A model generated the notes under the pieces. That model was not told the origin of the DNA and searched no databases. It saw only the letters and a program-made list of their open reading frames with translations. The translations under genes and the position numbers were made by a program. 64,000 bases of DNA from Spirochaetota bacterium (lineage in GTDB: Bacteria > Spirochaetota > UBA4802 > JAFGDQ01): NCBI GenBank assembly GCA_043803405.1, contig JAZDKB010000018.1:64001-128000 (forward strand). The letters are read 5' to 3'. Below, one piece after another: positions 31,400-40,865 of the stretch (positions are counted from its first letter, which is position 1; every line of letters starts with the position of its first letter).

Positions 31400-32515
31400 T
31401 TACGTCCTGCTTTTGATGCTTCGTAAATAAGCGTAAATAAATCTGTTTATATCGCCGTCAAGAACGCCTGCAGTGTTTCCGGTCTCTTCATCCGTCCTGT
31501 GGTCTTTCACAAGAGTATACGGATGAAAAACATAAGACCTTATCTGATGCCCCCACGATATTTCCTTTTTCTCGCCCAGCATTTCCTGCTTTTCGGTTTC
31601 GCGTTCCTTCTTTCTTAAATCATATATTTTTGATTTTAATACTTTCATGGCAAAGGCTTTATTTTTGTGCTGAGATCTTTCGTTCTGGCACTGCACTATT
31701 ATGCCTGTGGGCATATGAGTGATGCGCACTGCCGAATCCGTAGTGTTTACGTGCTGGCCGCCTGCTCCGGAAGAACGGTATGTGTCTATGCGCAGGTCGG
31801 TTTCGTTTATTTCGATATCAATGTCGTCCGGCAGTTCGGGAATAATTTCAACAGAGGCGAATGATGTGTGCCTGCGCTTGTTGGCATCGAACGGAGAAAT
31901 CCGGACCAGCCTGTGAATGCCGCGTTCGCTTTTCAAATGGCCGTACGCGTAATCGCCTTTGATGAGCACTGTAACGCTTTTTATGCCAGCTTCCTCGCCG
32001 GGAGTATAATCGATCGATTCAATCCCAAAACCATTCTCGTCCGCCCAGCGCAGGTACATTCTGTAAAGCATGAGAGCCCAGTCCTGGGACTCGGTTCCTC
32101 CAGCTCCCGGATGAATAATAATGAACGCATTGTTTATGTCGTTCTCTCCGGAAAAAAGCTCAATGGTTTCCAGGTTGTTAAACCTTTTAATGACTTGCTC
32201 CAGCTTTACAGATGCTTCTTTCAGCAGGCTTTCGTCCAATTCCGAAATTGCCATTTCGATCATTTCCCTCTCATCGGAAATGTCCTTGATCAGCTTATCC
32301 CACGGCTCTATTCTCTTTTTCAGCCTGCTTATTTTAAGGTTTGCTTCAGTCGATTTTTCCTGGTTTTTCCAAAATTCTCCTTTATATGTTTCCTGCTCCA
32401 GTTCTTTCAGATCTTTTTTTAAGCTGTTAATATTTAAAGATTCAAACAAATGCAGCGCCTTCTCGTAAATATTATTCAGCTCTTTTGAGATTTCCCTGTA
32501 ATCGCGCTCTGCCAA
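31400..32515 (-). CDS. prfB: Peptide chain release factor 2 (no programmed frameshift)
   Basis: SPF, GAGGQ, GAGGTESQDWA; continuous frame from TTG. Confidence 0.96.
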   Translation of the reverse strand: MAERDYREISKELNNIYEKALHLFESLNINSLKKDLKELEQETYKGEFWKNQEKSTEANLKISRLKKRIEPWDKLIKDISDEREMIEMAISELDESLLKEASVKLEQVIKRFNNLETIELFSGENDINNAFIIIHPGAGGTESQDWALMLYRMYLRWADENGFGIESIDYTPGEEAGIKSVTVLIKGDYAYGHLKSERGIHRLVRISPFDANKRRHTSFASVEIIPELPDDIDIEINETDLRIDTYRSSGAGGQHVNTTDSAVRITHMPTGIIVQCQNERSQHKNKAFAMKVLKSKIYDLRKKERETEKQEMLGEKKEISWGHQIRSYVFHPYTLVKDHRTDEETGNTAGVLDGDINRFIYAYLRSIKSRT

Positions 32516-32576
32516 TTTATTGTACCTTGAAATTCATTATGGTTACTTCTAAAATTTAAATTTTGATGTAACCATT

Positions 32577-32650
32577 GGGAACGAATCAGCGTAAAAATCA
32601 GGTTTTTTTATTTGAGGAAACAATAAAAAACCTGATTTTTCGAGGTTCCC
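32577..32650. repeat. Long intergenic hairpin upstream of prfB
   Basis: AAAAATCAGGTTTTTT/AAAAAACCTGATTTTT stem, outer GGGAAC/GTTCCC. Confidence 0.65.
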
Positions 32651-32784
32651 TTATTATAATTATTCGTTACTCAAAGAAGGAATCGCTGGTAAAACGGGTA
32701 AATTATTTTAGATTTTTGTCTACAAAAAAATATTAATACTGCGCAATAAGACTCTTAAATAAGAGGGAGAGTGGATATTGATTT

Positions 32785-32985
32785 TCATATAAACATATCT
32801 TTAAAAGAGATCAATTCAAGTTTTCCTACTTTATATGCTTTAAACCTGCTTTCTGCTTCATCTGCCTACGCTTTTTCTATATTTGGATCCGGTATATCCA
32901 GGCTTTTTATTAATGCTTCAATAACAATAAATTTTTTCACAGGTTTAAGCTTTAATGGTTTATCAATAATTGTTCTTGAGTTAAG
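32785..32985 (-). pseudogene. Addiction-module antitoxin pseudogene
   Basis: Reads LNSRTIIDKPLKLKP...SLDIPDPNIEKA*ADEAESRFKAYKVGKL; TAG at 32866-32868 where W is expected; no start codon. Confidence 0.7.
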
Positions 32986-33191
32986 CTTATATTATTCCTG
33001 TTATTATAGAGTAGATTATTTATTTGTTAATCCTGCTTGCAAAAAAAATATGTGTATTTTTATTTTAAGAAGGTATTTTATAAAAGAATATTTGTCAATA
33101 AATTTAGAATATAATATTTTTTTACTTTTTTTAAATCTTAAAGAAAAATTTTGTCACTTTAAGACTGTTTATTGGGCTATATACACAGGAA

Positions 33192-33217
33192 GGGCAGACA
33201 CATAGGTCTGCCCCTAC
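33192..33217. repeat. Degenerate GTAG-type REP hairpin
   Basis: GGGCAGAC-acatag-GTCTGCCC-CTAC. Confidence 0.6.
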
Positions 33218-33384
33218 GGTTATAATAAATCGAAGGAGACTTTGCAGGGAGAATTTTTTCTCCCCCGATCGATTAACACAAATCTATTTTAGTATGCGAG
33301 ACATACTTTCCTGCATTCCTGTACTCAAACTCACTACTGGGAGAGGGGCCGGGGGTGAGGTCAAATTTAAACGGAGGTTATATT

Positions 33385-34236
33385 ATGTTGAACTGGTTTA
33401 AGAAAGAAAGCAAAGTTTTAAGAAAGAAAATTACGACAAGAGTGCTGGTAATAGCACTCGCTATAATTGCGTTCGCAGTAAGCGGGACTGTGTTGATGGC
33501 AGGATGGCTTGATGATAATCCAACAACTCCGGGTCAAGTTATTAATACCGATCCACCAACAGGCAATGTTAGTGAAAAAAATACGTTGTATGCAAAGACA
33601 CTAAGAACTTATGGCAGCGGAGTGTTATGGCTTTCAAAAAGAGATAGTCAAAGTGGAGGAGGGATAATTTGGGAGGGTGCAGATACTTATCAAGGTTGGA
33701 CTCAAGAAGTAGTTCAAAACTGTTTACGGTTTTTTTCTCATGATAATACAAATGCTGATAATTTTATTATTTATTCAAATGGTAATGTTAGAACAAAAGG
33801 TGTTCATACTTCTCAAAGTTACGCTTGCTCCTCAGACGTCCGTTACAAAAAAGACGTTTCAACATACTCAAACGCTTTAGAGAAAGTGCTTGGACTTCGC
33901 GGTGTGAGCTATTTCTGGAAAACAGACGAATACAAAGACAAGAATTTCAGCAAAGACAAACAGCTGGGATTTATTGCACAGGAAGTGGAAAAAGTAATAC
34001 CCGAACTAGTGTACACGGACGACAAAGGCTTTAAGACAATGAGCTACGACAGGCTTACTGCAGTTCTCGTGGAAGCAGTAAAAGAGCTAAAGGCACAGAG
34101 CGACGCGAAGATAAGCGTGCTTAGCAAAGAGAACGCAGAGTTAAAGCAAAGGCTCGCGAAGCTGGACGCTGTCGTAGCAGACAGGCTGGCTAAGCTGGAA
34201 AAGGCGGTGGAGAAGCAACAGCTGGCGCAGAAGTAA
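33385..34236 (+). CDS. Exported protein with C-terminal peptidase S74 (tail-fibre intramolecular chaperone) domain
   Basis: Hydrophobic N-terminus; SSDVRYK, GFIAQEVEKVIPELV, LVEAVKEL, coiled coil; GGAGG RBS. Confidence 0.85.
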   Translation: MLNWFKKESKVLRKKITTRVLVIALAIIAFAVSGTVLMAGWLDDNPTTPGQVINTDPPTGNVSEKNTLYAKTLRTYGSGVLWLSKRDSQSGGGIIWEGADTYQGWTQEVVQNCLRFFSHDNTNADNFIIYSNGNVRTKGVHTSQSYACSSDVRYKKDVSTYSNALEKVLGLRGVSYFWKTDEYKDKNFSKDKQLGFIAQEVEKVIPELVYTDDKGFKTMSYDRLTAVLVEAVKELKAQSDAKISVLSKENAELKQRLAKLDAVVADRLAKLEKAVEKQQLAQK

Positions 34237-34255
34237 AGATGAAATTACTGTCTAG

Positions 34256-34289
34256 CATGTAGGGGCACGGCTTGCCGTGCCCCTACATG
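34256..34289. repeat. GTAG REP (RAYT-type)
   Basis: CATGTAGGGGCACGGCTTGCCGTGCCCCTACATG, 1 nt from the copies at 53607/54115/54466. Confidence 0.9.
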
Positions 34290-34371
34290 GCAAATTAAAT
34301 CTTACAGATAGCCCACGGTTTTGTAGGCCGTGGGCTTTATATTGCGGAGTTATACAACAAAATCGGTTTTC

Positions 34372-34415
34372 AATAAAAGAACAATGCTGCCGAAAGGCAG
34401 CATTGTTCTTTTATT
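34372..34415. terminator. Perfect 20-bp hairpin with GAAA loop (terminator-like)
   Basis: AATAAAAGAACAATGCTGCC-GAAA-GGCAGCATTGTTCTTTTATT. Confidence 0.7.
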
Positions 34416-34485
34416 AAGAATAAAAAATATTCTTTGACAATTTTATAAATATTTCTTAAGTTAATATATAATTATAGAGGGAAAA

Positions 34486-34716
34486 ATGATTAACTCGGAA
34501 ATACAAAAAGAAATAATAAATGATTTAAGTAATCTTCCAATTGAATTACAAAAAAAAGTTAAAGAATTTACGCATACTTTATTGCTTACAAAATCGAAAG
34601 GTATTCCGGGACGGGATATATTAAAATTTTCCGGAATAATCGATGATAATAATGCTGAAGAATTACGTAAAATAATCGACGAAGGCTGCAGTAAGGTTGA
34701 TTATAATGAATGGTAA
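34486..34716 (+). CDS. Antitoxin (DUF2281-like), VapC partner
   Basis: LSNLPIELQKKVKEF; overlaps PIN gene. Confidence 0.75.
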   Translation: MINSEIQKEIINDLSNLPIELQKKVKEFTHTLLLTKSKGIPGRDILKFSGIIDDNNAEELRKIIDEGCSKVDYNEW

Positions 34717-35095
34717 ATATTTGCTGGATACGAATATTGTTATCGACCTTTTTAATGGGAAAAAGCAAATAACAAATTTGCTGGAAACTATTCCTCAAAT
34801 ATTTATTTCAAATATTACTATTGGTGAACTTTATTATGGATCGTTTAAGTCCAGGCAAAAAGATGAAAATATAAAAAAAATAGAAGAGTTTGTTATTAAT
34901 TCCTCAATACCTGATTCTAATATTGATACATCAAAAATATATGGACTTACTAAAAGTGAATTAAGTAAAAAAGGAAAACCTATCCCGGAAAATGATATCT
35001 GGATTGCCTCAATAGCTATACAATATTCGTTAACATTACTATCAAAAGACCTGCACTTTAAACATATTGAAAATCTCTCCTCAGAAATATTGTAA
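34706..35095 (+). CDS. vapC: VapC PIN-domain toxin
   Basis: LLDTN, GELYYG, PIPENDIWIA, D.HF. Confidence 0.92.
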   Translation: MNGKYLLDTNIVIDLFNGKKQITNLLETIPQIFISNITIGELYYGSFKSRQKDENIKKIEEFVINSSIPDSNIDTSKIYGLTKSELSKKGKPIPENDIWIASIAIQYSLTLLSKDLHFKHIENLSSEIL

Positions 35096-35130
35096 ATATA
35101 TTTTATTCTAAAACATATAGGCACGTCAGT

Positions 35131-35397
35131 ACAGGAAGTGGAAAAAGTAATACCCGAACTAGTATACACAGACAGCAAAGGCTATAAGACAATGAGCTAT
35201 GACAGGCTGACTGCTGTTCTCGTGGAAGCAGTAAAAGAGCTGAAGGCGCAGAGCGACGCGAAGATAAGCGCACTTAGCAAGGAGAATGCTGAGTTAAAGC
35301 AAAGGAAAGGCTTGCGACGCTGGATGCTGCCGTTGCAGACAGACTTTCTAAGCTGGAAAAAGCGGTGGAGAAGCAAAAGCTGGCGCAGAAATAAAGA
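35131..35397 (+). pseudogene. Frameshifted duplicate of the 3' end of the S74 gene
   Basis: Aligns to 33978-34239; extra AAAGG (5 nt) shifts the frame. Confidence 0.88.
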
Positions 35398-35483
35398 CCC
35401 CCTTGGCCGCTTCGCGGCCATTCCCCTACTCCGCCTTTAGCTCTGTACCTTCGGCCTTAATAATGGGGAACAATCATTGCTGA
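35398..35483. repeat. DUF559-associated double-hairpin repeat with inserted sub-element
   Basis: CCCC..GGCCGC-ttc-GCGGCC..TTCCCC...GGGGAACAATC.TTGCTGA; related to 60382, 61228, 63601. Confidence 0.8.
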
Positions 35484-35574
35484 TACGGGAAATATGTGAC
35501 TGGCGCAAGATAATTGCAAACAATCGGATTTATACAATTAAATCGGTTTTCAATAATAGAACCCTTTTCAATTG

Positions 35575-35877
35575 TCATTCAAGATTGAAGAATTTATTCA
35601 GGTTCAATACCTTAATTGTATCCTTTACTTTTGAAGTTAAGTTTATTAAGGACATCTTTTTTTGCGATCCTTCCATAAACTGTACAAAATTAACAAGCAT
35701 GGCAATGCCCGCTGAATCGAGATATTTGACTTTTGCTAAATCAATAATTATTTTTTTATCTGGCTTTATCGATACAGCATTTTTTAAATCCTTTAAAATA
35801 GTCACAGCATTGTTGTTACTAATTGTTTCTTCAAGTATTGTAATTAAAAATTCTTTGTCTGTATTAACTGAAATCAT
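35575..35877 (-). CDS. STAS-domain anti-anti-sigma factor
   Basis: IDLAKVKYLDSAGIAML. Confidence 0.9.
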   Translation of the reverse strand: MISVNTDKEFLITILEETISNNNAVTILKDLKNAVSIKPDKKIIIDLAKVKYLDSAGIAMLVNFVQFMEGSQKKMSLINLTSKVKDTIKVLNLNKFFNLE

Positions 35878-36047
35878 CGTACCTGCTTTGTAATATTAAT
35901 TTAAAATATTTCATTATATTTTTGATAAATTTAGTAACAAATTTATATCGATCCGTTAAACGATACATATATAATATTTATATACAGTAAAAAAATAAAT
36001 AATTCAATCGAATTTTCTATAAATATTCAATTTAATAAATTTCATTA

Positions 36048-37046
36048 TCACTTTGACAATTTAAACAAGCGAACATTATCTTCATGCAGTATCCATTGAT
36101 ACTTGCCATCATAATGAGATTTATGCGGCATAGCTAGAGTATCTATTGTATCAATAAGACTTAAGTCCAACGGATTAACTATTTTTACATTTGCATTTGA
36201 GTTATCGGTAATCCAGATATACTTGCCGTCATAATCTGCATGGCACAGCCATAAACAATCTGTAAGAGTACTGCTTTGAATAACGGCAGCAGTGGCTGTG
36301 TCTATTTTATATATATTGCCGGTCATGCATGCAGCTATTATATTGATGCCGTCAAAACATATTGCCCATACATTAGATAGTCCATTTATTACTGTAAAAC
36401 TCCGATCTTCAGGTTTAATCCTGACTATAGAACCGGAAGAACTGCAGGTGACCCATAAGTAAGTTCCATCGAAACACATGTGTCGTGCGCCGTCGAGTAT
36501 TATTCCCTCGTATGAATATATTTCATTTGTTTCCGGATTAATTCTGTGCAATCTTTTAGTTGTTCCTCTGTCTGCTGCCCATATATATTTGCCGTCATAA
36601 GCAAGAGCTCTGACATCATCAAATGTAGAATGATCTTCCCATTCACTTTCCAGAGAATTTTTATTTATTTTTTGGAGATAAAAACTGCCAATACCTGCGG
36701 CGCCAGTGGAGCCGCCTGCTGTCCATAAATAATCTCCAACCAGTACCATTCGATATGCTTTTTGGGGGATGGCTTTGTAAATTAGTTCATGTGTACTTAT
36801 ATTGATCTTATATAAATAAGCATTAGGAGGATTTGCAAATCCTCCAATATACAAGTATTCACATTCCTGAGCAAAACTGACACTGCCTGTTTCACTGGGG
36901 CCGTTCAGATTAATATATGTTTCGGAGGAATAGAAGTATGGCTGGCATTTCGGGGTTTGCTGTATTTCAGAATCATTGGTATTATTGCTGCAGAAGCAAA
37001 GACTTGCGAAAAATAAAATAATTATAATCGGGATAAATTTCTTCAT
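36048..37046 (-). CDS. Beta-propeller lipoprotein
   Basis: Signal peptide with Cys; repeated (Y/F)DGxY(I/L)W blades. Confidence 0.75.
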   Translation of the reverse strand: MKKFIPIIIILFFASLCFCSNNTNDSEIQQTPKCQPYFYSSETYINLNGPSETGSVSFAQECEYLYIGGFANPPNAYLYKINISTHELIYKAIPQKAYRMVLVGDYLWTAGGSTGAAGIGSFYLQKINKNSLESEWEDHSTFDDVRALAYDGKYIWAADRGTTKRLHRINPETNEIYSYEGIILDGARHMCFDGTYLWVTCSSSGSIVRIKPEDRSFTVINGLSNVWAICFDGINIIAACMTGNIYKIDTATAAVIQSSTLTDCLWLCHADYDGKYIWITDNSNANVKIVNPLDLSLIDTIDTLAMPHKSHYDGKYQWILHEDNVRLFKLSK

Positions 37047-37172
37047 TATCTTCTCCGGATACTAATTTTATTATTATAAAGTATATCTTTTTAATATAAT
37101 AATAAAATTAAGAAATACAAAAAAAAGATATAAAATTTTTGTAATAATTGAGGGTTGGAATAATGATGCCAA

Positions 37173-37226
37173 TTACAAATTCATTATAATATCAACAAGC
37201 TGATCAGCTCCGTTTTCCTCGAAGTA
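37173..37226 (-). pseudogene. 3' remnant of a paralog of 41518-42393
   Basis: 49/54 nt match to 41518-41571; YFEENGADQLVDIIMNL*. Confidence 0.8.
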
Positions 37227-37312
37227 GTTTTACTATTCTAACAAATGTTTGACATAAATAAGATATTTTAAAGAATAACTTGAAGAAGCACTTTTCTAAA
37301 AGGATATTAAAT

Positions 37313-38269
37313 ATGCCGCAAAAAATCCTCCTCATCCCAAACATGCCTTTCTGGTCGGTTGATAAATGTGCTAAAGATCTGATTAAATATAATAAATCTG
37401 ATCTGGTGATAGATGTTATGTATTTTAATGAATTTATTGATAATTGGGAAAAAATATCAGTTAAATATGATTTAATATATCCGATGGTAAATAAACTTTT
37501 TTACGACTTTTTAGCAAGGAATATTCCTGTGAACAAGGCTATTACTGGAGTTTTGTCTTATACGTCGTGGGATAATCAAAAAACATTACCTCCGGGAAAT
37601 AATGTAAAGCCTCCGAAAAGTGATATTAAAAAACTTCGTAAAGCTGCAGGAGTAAATACTATATGCCGGAAGCTATGGGATTTATTCAGTCCGCATATTC
37701 CAATAGTTCATACTAAATATACATGTGATCTTGAAAAATTCTATCCTGATAAATTTATAAAAAATAGAAAATTAGTTGTTGGGTGGGCTGGGAGTTTGAC
37801 TAATAACGGATTGATAAGAGGAGTTCATGATATTATAAAACCTGTGTGCAGCAGATTTGATGAAATAGATCTGAAAGTTCAATGTGTAGAAGAAATGTGG
37901 ATAAAAGATGATGATATAATGCGTGAATTTTATAATAGTCTGGACCTGTATATTTGTGCGTCAAAAAGCGAAGGTGCTCCGCGTCCGGTTTTGGAAGCTG
38001 CCGCATGCGGAGTGCCGACCTTATCCGTTGATGTCGGTATTGTACCTGAACTTATTGAGAATAATGTGAACGGTTTTATTGTGGAAAGAACGCAGGAAGC
38101 ATTTTTTAATAAGTTAAAGTATATTATTAAAAATAAAGACATGCTTCCGGAAATGGGAATGAAAGTCAGAGAAAAGATGGAAAAAGAATTTAATTGGAAA
38201 AATATTATACACCAATGGACGGATTTTTTTAAAAAAGCTATTAAATTAAGGCATTGGGAAGAAAAATAA
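37313..38269 (+). CDS. Glycosyltransferase family 4
   Basis: SKSEGAPRPVLEAAACG (EX7E), NGF, F.W. Confidence 0.88.
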   Translation: MPQKILLIPNMPFWSVDKCAKDLIKYNKSDLVIDVMYFNEFIDNWEKISVKYDLIYPMVNKLFYDFLARNIPVNKAITGVLSYTSWDNQKTLPPGNNVKPPKSDIKKLRKAAGVNTICRKLWDLFSPHIPIVHTKYTCDLEKFYPDKFIKNRKLVVGWAGSLTNNGLIRGVHDIIKPVCSRFDEIDLKVQCVEEMWIKDDDIMREFYNSLDLYICASKSEGAPRPVLEAAACGVPTLSVDVGIVPELIENNVNGFIVERTQEAFFNKLKYIIKNKDMLPEMGMKVREKMEKEFNWKNIIHQWTDFFKKAIKLRHWEEK

Positions 38270-38309
38270 TTTTTTAAAATATTTAGAATCAATATTTTCT
38301 GAATATGGA

Positions 38310-39677
38310 TTAACTTGCACTCCAGAAAAAATTAAAAGCTCCTGTGCCGGTTCCAGATGTCCCATATGTTTCCCAGTTTGATCCGGAAATGTCATCAAAA
38401 GCTACTAATCTGTCTAATGTTTCATCCTTTTCATCTGTTATATAAATTTTTCTATTTGTTAAAGCAACGAATCGTCTGGGACCATAAAAATCGTCACTCG
38501 TATTTAAAGGATTTTCAAGTAATGATTGCTGATTTTGAAGATTTGTATCCAGGCTGAAAACATAATTACTGGCCGGAGTCCAGTTATAATAAGAAGAAAC
38601 GTATACAGAATTTCCCTTAATATGGATATCAAATAAATTTGTGAAGCTGTTTTGATAAAAAGCTAATACCTGCTGGGTAGTCGGATTATATTTAAATACA
38701 GTTTGTACTGGTGCCAAAGAAGTATTATCCAGTCCAGCAATATATAACACTCCGCTATCATCTACAGTAATTCCAAATATAGATGTAATTTGATAATTAA
38801 CATTTACATTTGAAGTTATATTTAATCCGGTCTCATTATTACCATCAAGATCAGATCTATATAAGATATAACTGGCTAGAGTATCAGATACTGCATAATA
38901 TACAAAATCATTATTTCTGTCGACAGCTATGGCAGTAATCCCATAATCATATTCAGGCTCTGAAAAGTTAGTATAATTTGTTCCTGATATATTATCAACT
39001 CTTAATACACAATTTACACCCATTCCGCTTCCGCCATAATTATTTGCAATAAATATTCTGCCGTTTGAATCAAAATCAATATCATATGGGCGAAATTGAG
39101 TTGATGCTGTAAATGGATCAGTAGTACTTAAAGCTGCAACATTTGTACCGGTCAATGCAGTCCAGCCAGTAACTGCCATCCCATCAATCTGCACAATTCT
39201 TTGATTCAGATAATCCGGTATCACAATCTTCGTCTCGTAAAGCCCCATGGTAATCGGTATATCAACAGTTTCCCCGCCAGCAAGATCGCGTGTTGCTGCT
39301 CCGCGCAAAGTAGCGCTGGCAGTGTACGCTAGCACTTCGAATGTGCGCGCGCTGCCGGACGGGACTTCTACGGTAATGGAATCTGGCAAAGGGAGTGTTG
39401 TATAACTCTGCGTGATTGTATCCATGCCGGAACCGGTAATGTTAAGCGTAAGCGAAGTAATGTGCGACGGCGCGCTCTGCGCTTCGGCGTTCTTAGCAAA
39501 GAAGCATAACACGCGGTCGAGAATGGAGCTTTCGGGAACATTAAAGGCTGCCTTGTTGTTCAGACCAAGATTTATGCGGATTGTTACGCTTGAAGTGCCT
39601 TCGGGTGAGCAGGTGAGAATCGATATTGATATTATAATTGCTAAAATTAATATTATTATAAAATATTTATTTTTCAT
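38310..39677 (-). CDS. Lipoprotein A: conserved N-domain plus NHL-like propeller
   Basis: ILTC lipobox-like; paralog of 42397-43704; RPYDIDFDSNGRI. Confidence 0.75.
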   Translation of the reverse strand: MKNKYFIIILILAIIISISILTCSPEGTSSVTIRINLGLNNKAAFNVPESSILDRVLCFFAKNAEAQSAPSHITSLTLNITGSGMDTITQSYTTLPLPDSITVEVPSGSARTFEVLAYTASATLRGAATRDLAGGETVDIPITMGLYETKIVIPDYLNQRIVQIDGMAVTGWTALTGTNVAALSTTDPFTASTQFRPYDIDFDSNGRIFIANNYGGSGMGVNCVLRVDNISGTNYTNFSEPEYDYGITAIAVDRNNDFVYYAVSDTLASYILYRSDLDGNNETGLNITSNVNVNYQITSIFGITVDDSGVLYIAGLDNTSLAPVQTVFKYNPTTQQVLAFYQNSFTNLFDIHIKGNSVYVSSYYNWTPASNYVFSLDTNLQNQQSLLENPLNTSDDFYGPRRFVALTNRKIYITDEKDETLDRLVAFDDISGSNWETYGTSGTGTGAFNFFWSAS

Positions 39678-39778
39678 AACTGCACCTCGAATACTTATTC
39701 TGTAATCTCATTTTAGTAATCAATAAACGCTTAATTAAGAGCTATGTCCAATACATTATTAAAATATATATTTAATAT

Positions 39779-39793
39779 ATTATTGTCAATAAT
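39779..39793. promoter_or_regulatory. Palindrome over a minus-strand TTGACA upstream of lipoprotein A
   Basis: ATTATTG-T-CAATAAT; same motif at 43846-43862. Confidence 0.5.
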
Positions 39794-40042
39794 GTATACT
39801 ATTATTCCTGATAAATAGATATTTGAGAAATCTGATAATTTTTTTAAAGATAATATAGTAAATATATAAAAACAGTTTAAAAGAAAAATTATCTTAGGGA
39901 TTGAATCATTTATAAAATAAATTGACTTTTATAATTATAATTAATATATCTATATTACTGCATAAATTATTATACCGAATCTGCATATTTATTTTTCCTG
40001 TGATAAACAAATGAAAAAACTCTGTAAAATAGGAGAATTTTT

Positions 40043-40630
40043 ATGGCAAAAAGAAAGAAACTAATAATCGATAAAAAATTTCAGTTTAAGACTATTTTTA
40101 AAATAATCGGAGTTGTTTATTCAATAATTGCGATTGTAGTAATTGCAATAGTTATAAACGCAGCTTCGAATAATAAAAAGCTTTCTGAGATTATGGAAAG
40201 ACAGAAGACGGCTATCCAGATACAGAAAGATGTTCAGTCTGCTCTAAGAGTATTATCCAAAGAGAAAAACTGGAAGACCATGAAGCTGGCCGGTGATGAA
40301 ATATCAAAAAACATTGAATTTAACCTGGAAGCAATAAATAAGAATTCAGATGCAATAAACAGCATAGCGCAAAATAATTCAAAACTGCTGTATGGAATTA
40401 TTCTTTTCAGTTTAGTACAGGCTGTTGTTATGTTTTTCTTGCTTATCAGAACAACTCACCAGATATCAGGGCCTATCTACCATATTTCCGCATATATAAG
40501 GGAGATTATAAATGGGAAATATCCTGATATCAGGCCTCTTAGAAAGAACGATGAATTAAAAGAATTTCATGAGCTTTTTGCGCAGATGGTGGAATCATTA
40601 AAACAGAAAAAGAAGCGGAAAAAAGGATAA
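40043..40630 (+). CDS. Two-TM protein with HAMP-like tail and no signalling domain
   Basis: TM-coil-TM then THQISGPIY...LRKNDELKE. Confidence 0.7.
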   Translation: MAKRKKLIIDKKFQFKTIFKIIGVVYSIIAIVVIAIVINAASNNKKLSEIMERQKTAIQIQKDVQSALRVLSKEKNWKTMKLAGDEISKNIEFNLEAINKNSDAINSIAQNNSKLLYGIILFSLVQAVVMFFLLIRTTHQISGPIYHISAYIREIINGKYPDIRPLRKNDELKEFHELFAQMVESLKQKKKRKKG

Positions 40631-40670
40631 GGGCGAAAGTTAGACTGGCTATCTGGTATTGAAGAAGTAG

Positions 40671-40865
40671 TTATGATCTGTTAAGTGATGAATTCGCTTC
40701 TTCAATACTGTGGAAAGGAAAAACTCCGCGTTTGCATACAGGCGGTGACAATCTGAATCCGATCTCGAACAACCGGGCAATTCGCTTAAAGTATACAGCA
40801 TCCGGATTATATGTCCATAAAGCGCGTCTTGCATCTTCAAAGGATTTATATTTATATATAGGCAT
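40671..40865 (-). CDS. Small partner of the nucleotidyltransferase
   Basis: 64 aa, start overlaps the upstream stop. Confidence 0.6.
   Translation of the reverse strand: MPIYKYKSFEDARRALWTYNPDAVYFKRIARLFEIGFRLSPPVCKRGVFPFHSIEEANSSLNRS

Noticed and set aside
32866..32868. Amber readthrough or recoding
   Set aside because: The gene also lacks a start and its toxin, and TAG is used as a normal stop elsewhere (plsC, recR)
32771..33205. 144-aa plus-strand ORF
   Set aside because: Antisense shadow of the antitoxin pseudogene plus AT-rich filler
33978..35397. DGR template/variable repeat pair
   Set aside because: Differences are mostly third-position and not adenine-specific; no reverse transcriptase in the window
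33385..35397. Prophage
   Set aside because: Only an S74 domain; no capsid, terminase or integrase genes
35477..35893. 138-aa plus-strand ORF
   Set aside because: Antisense to the STAS gene
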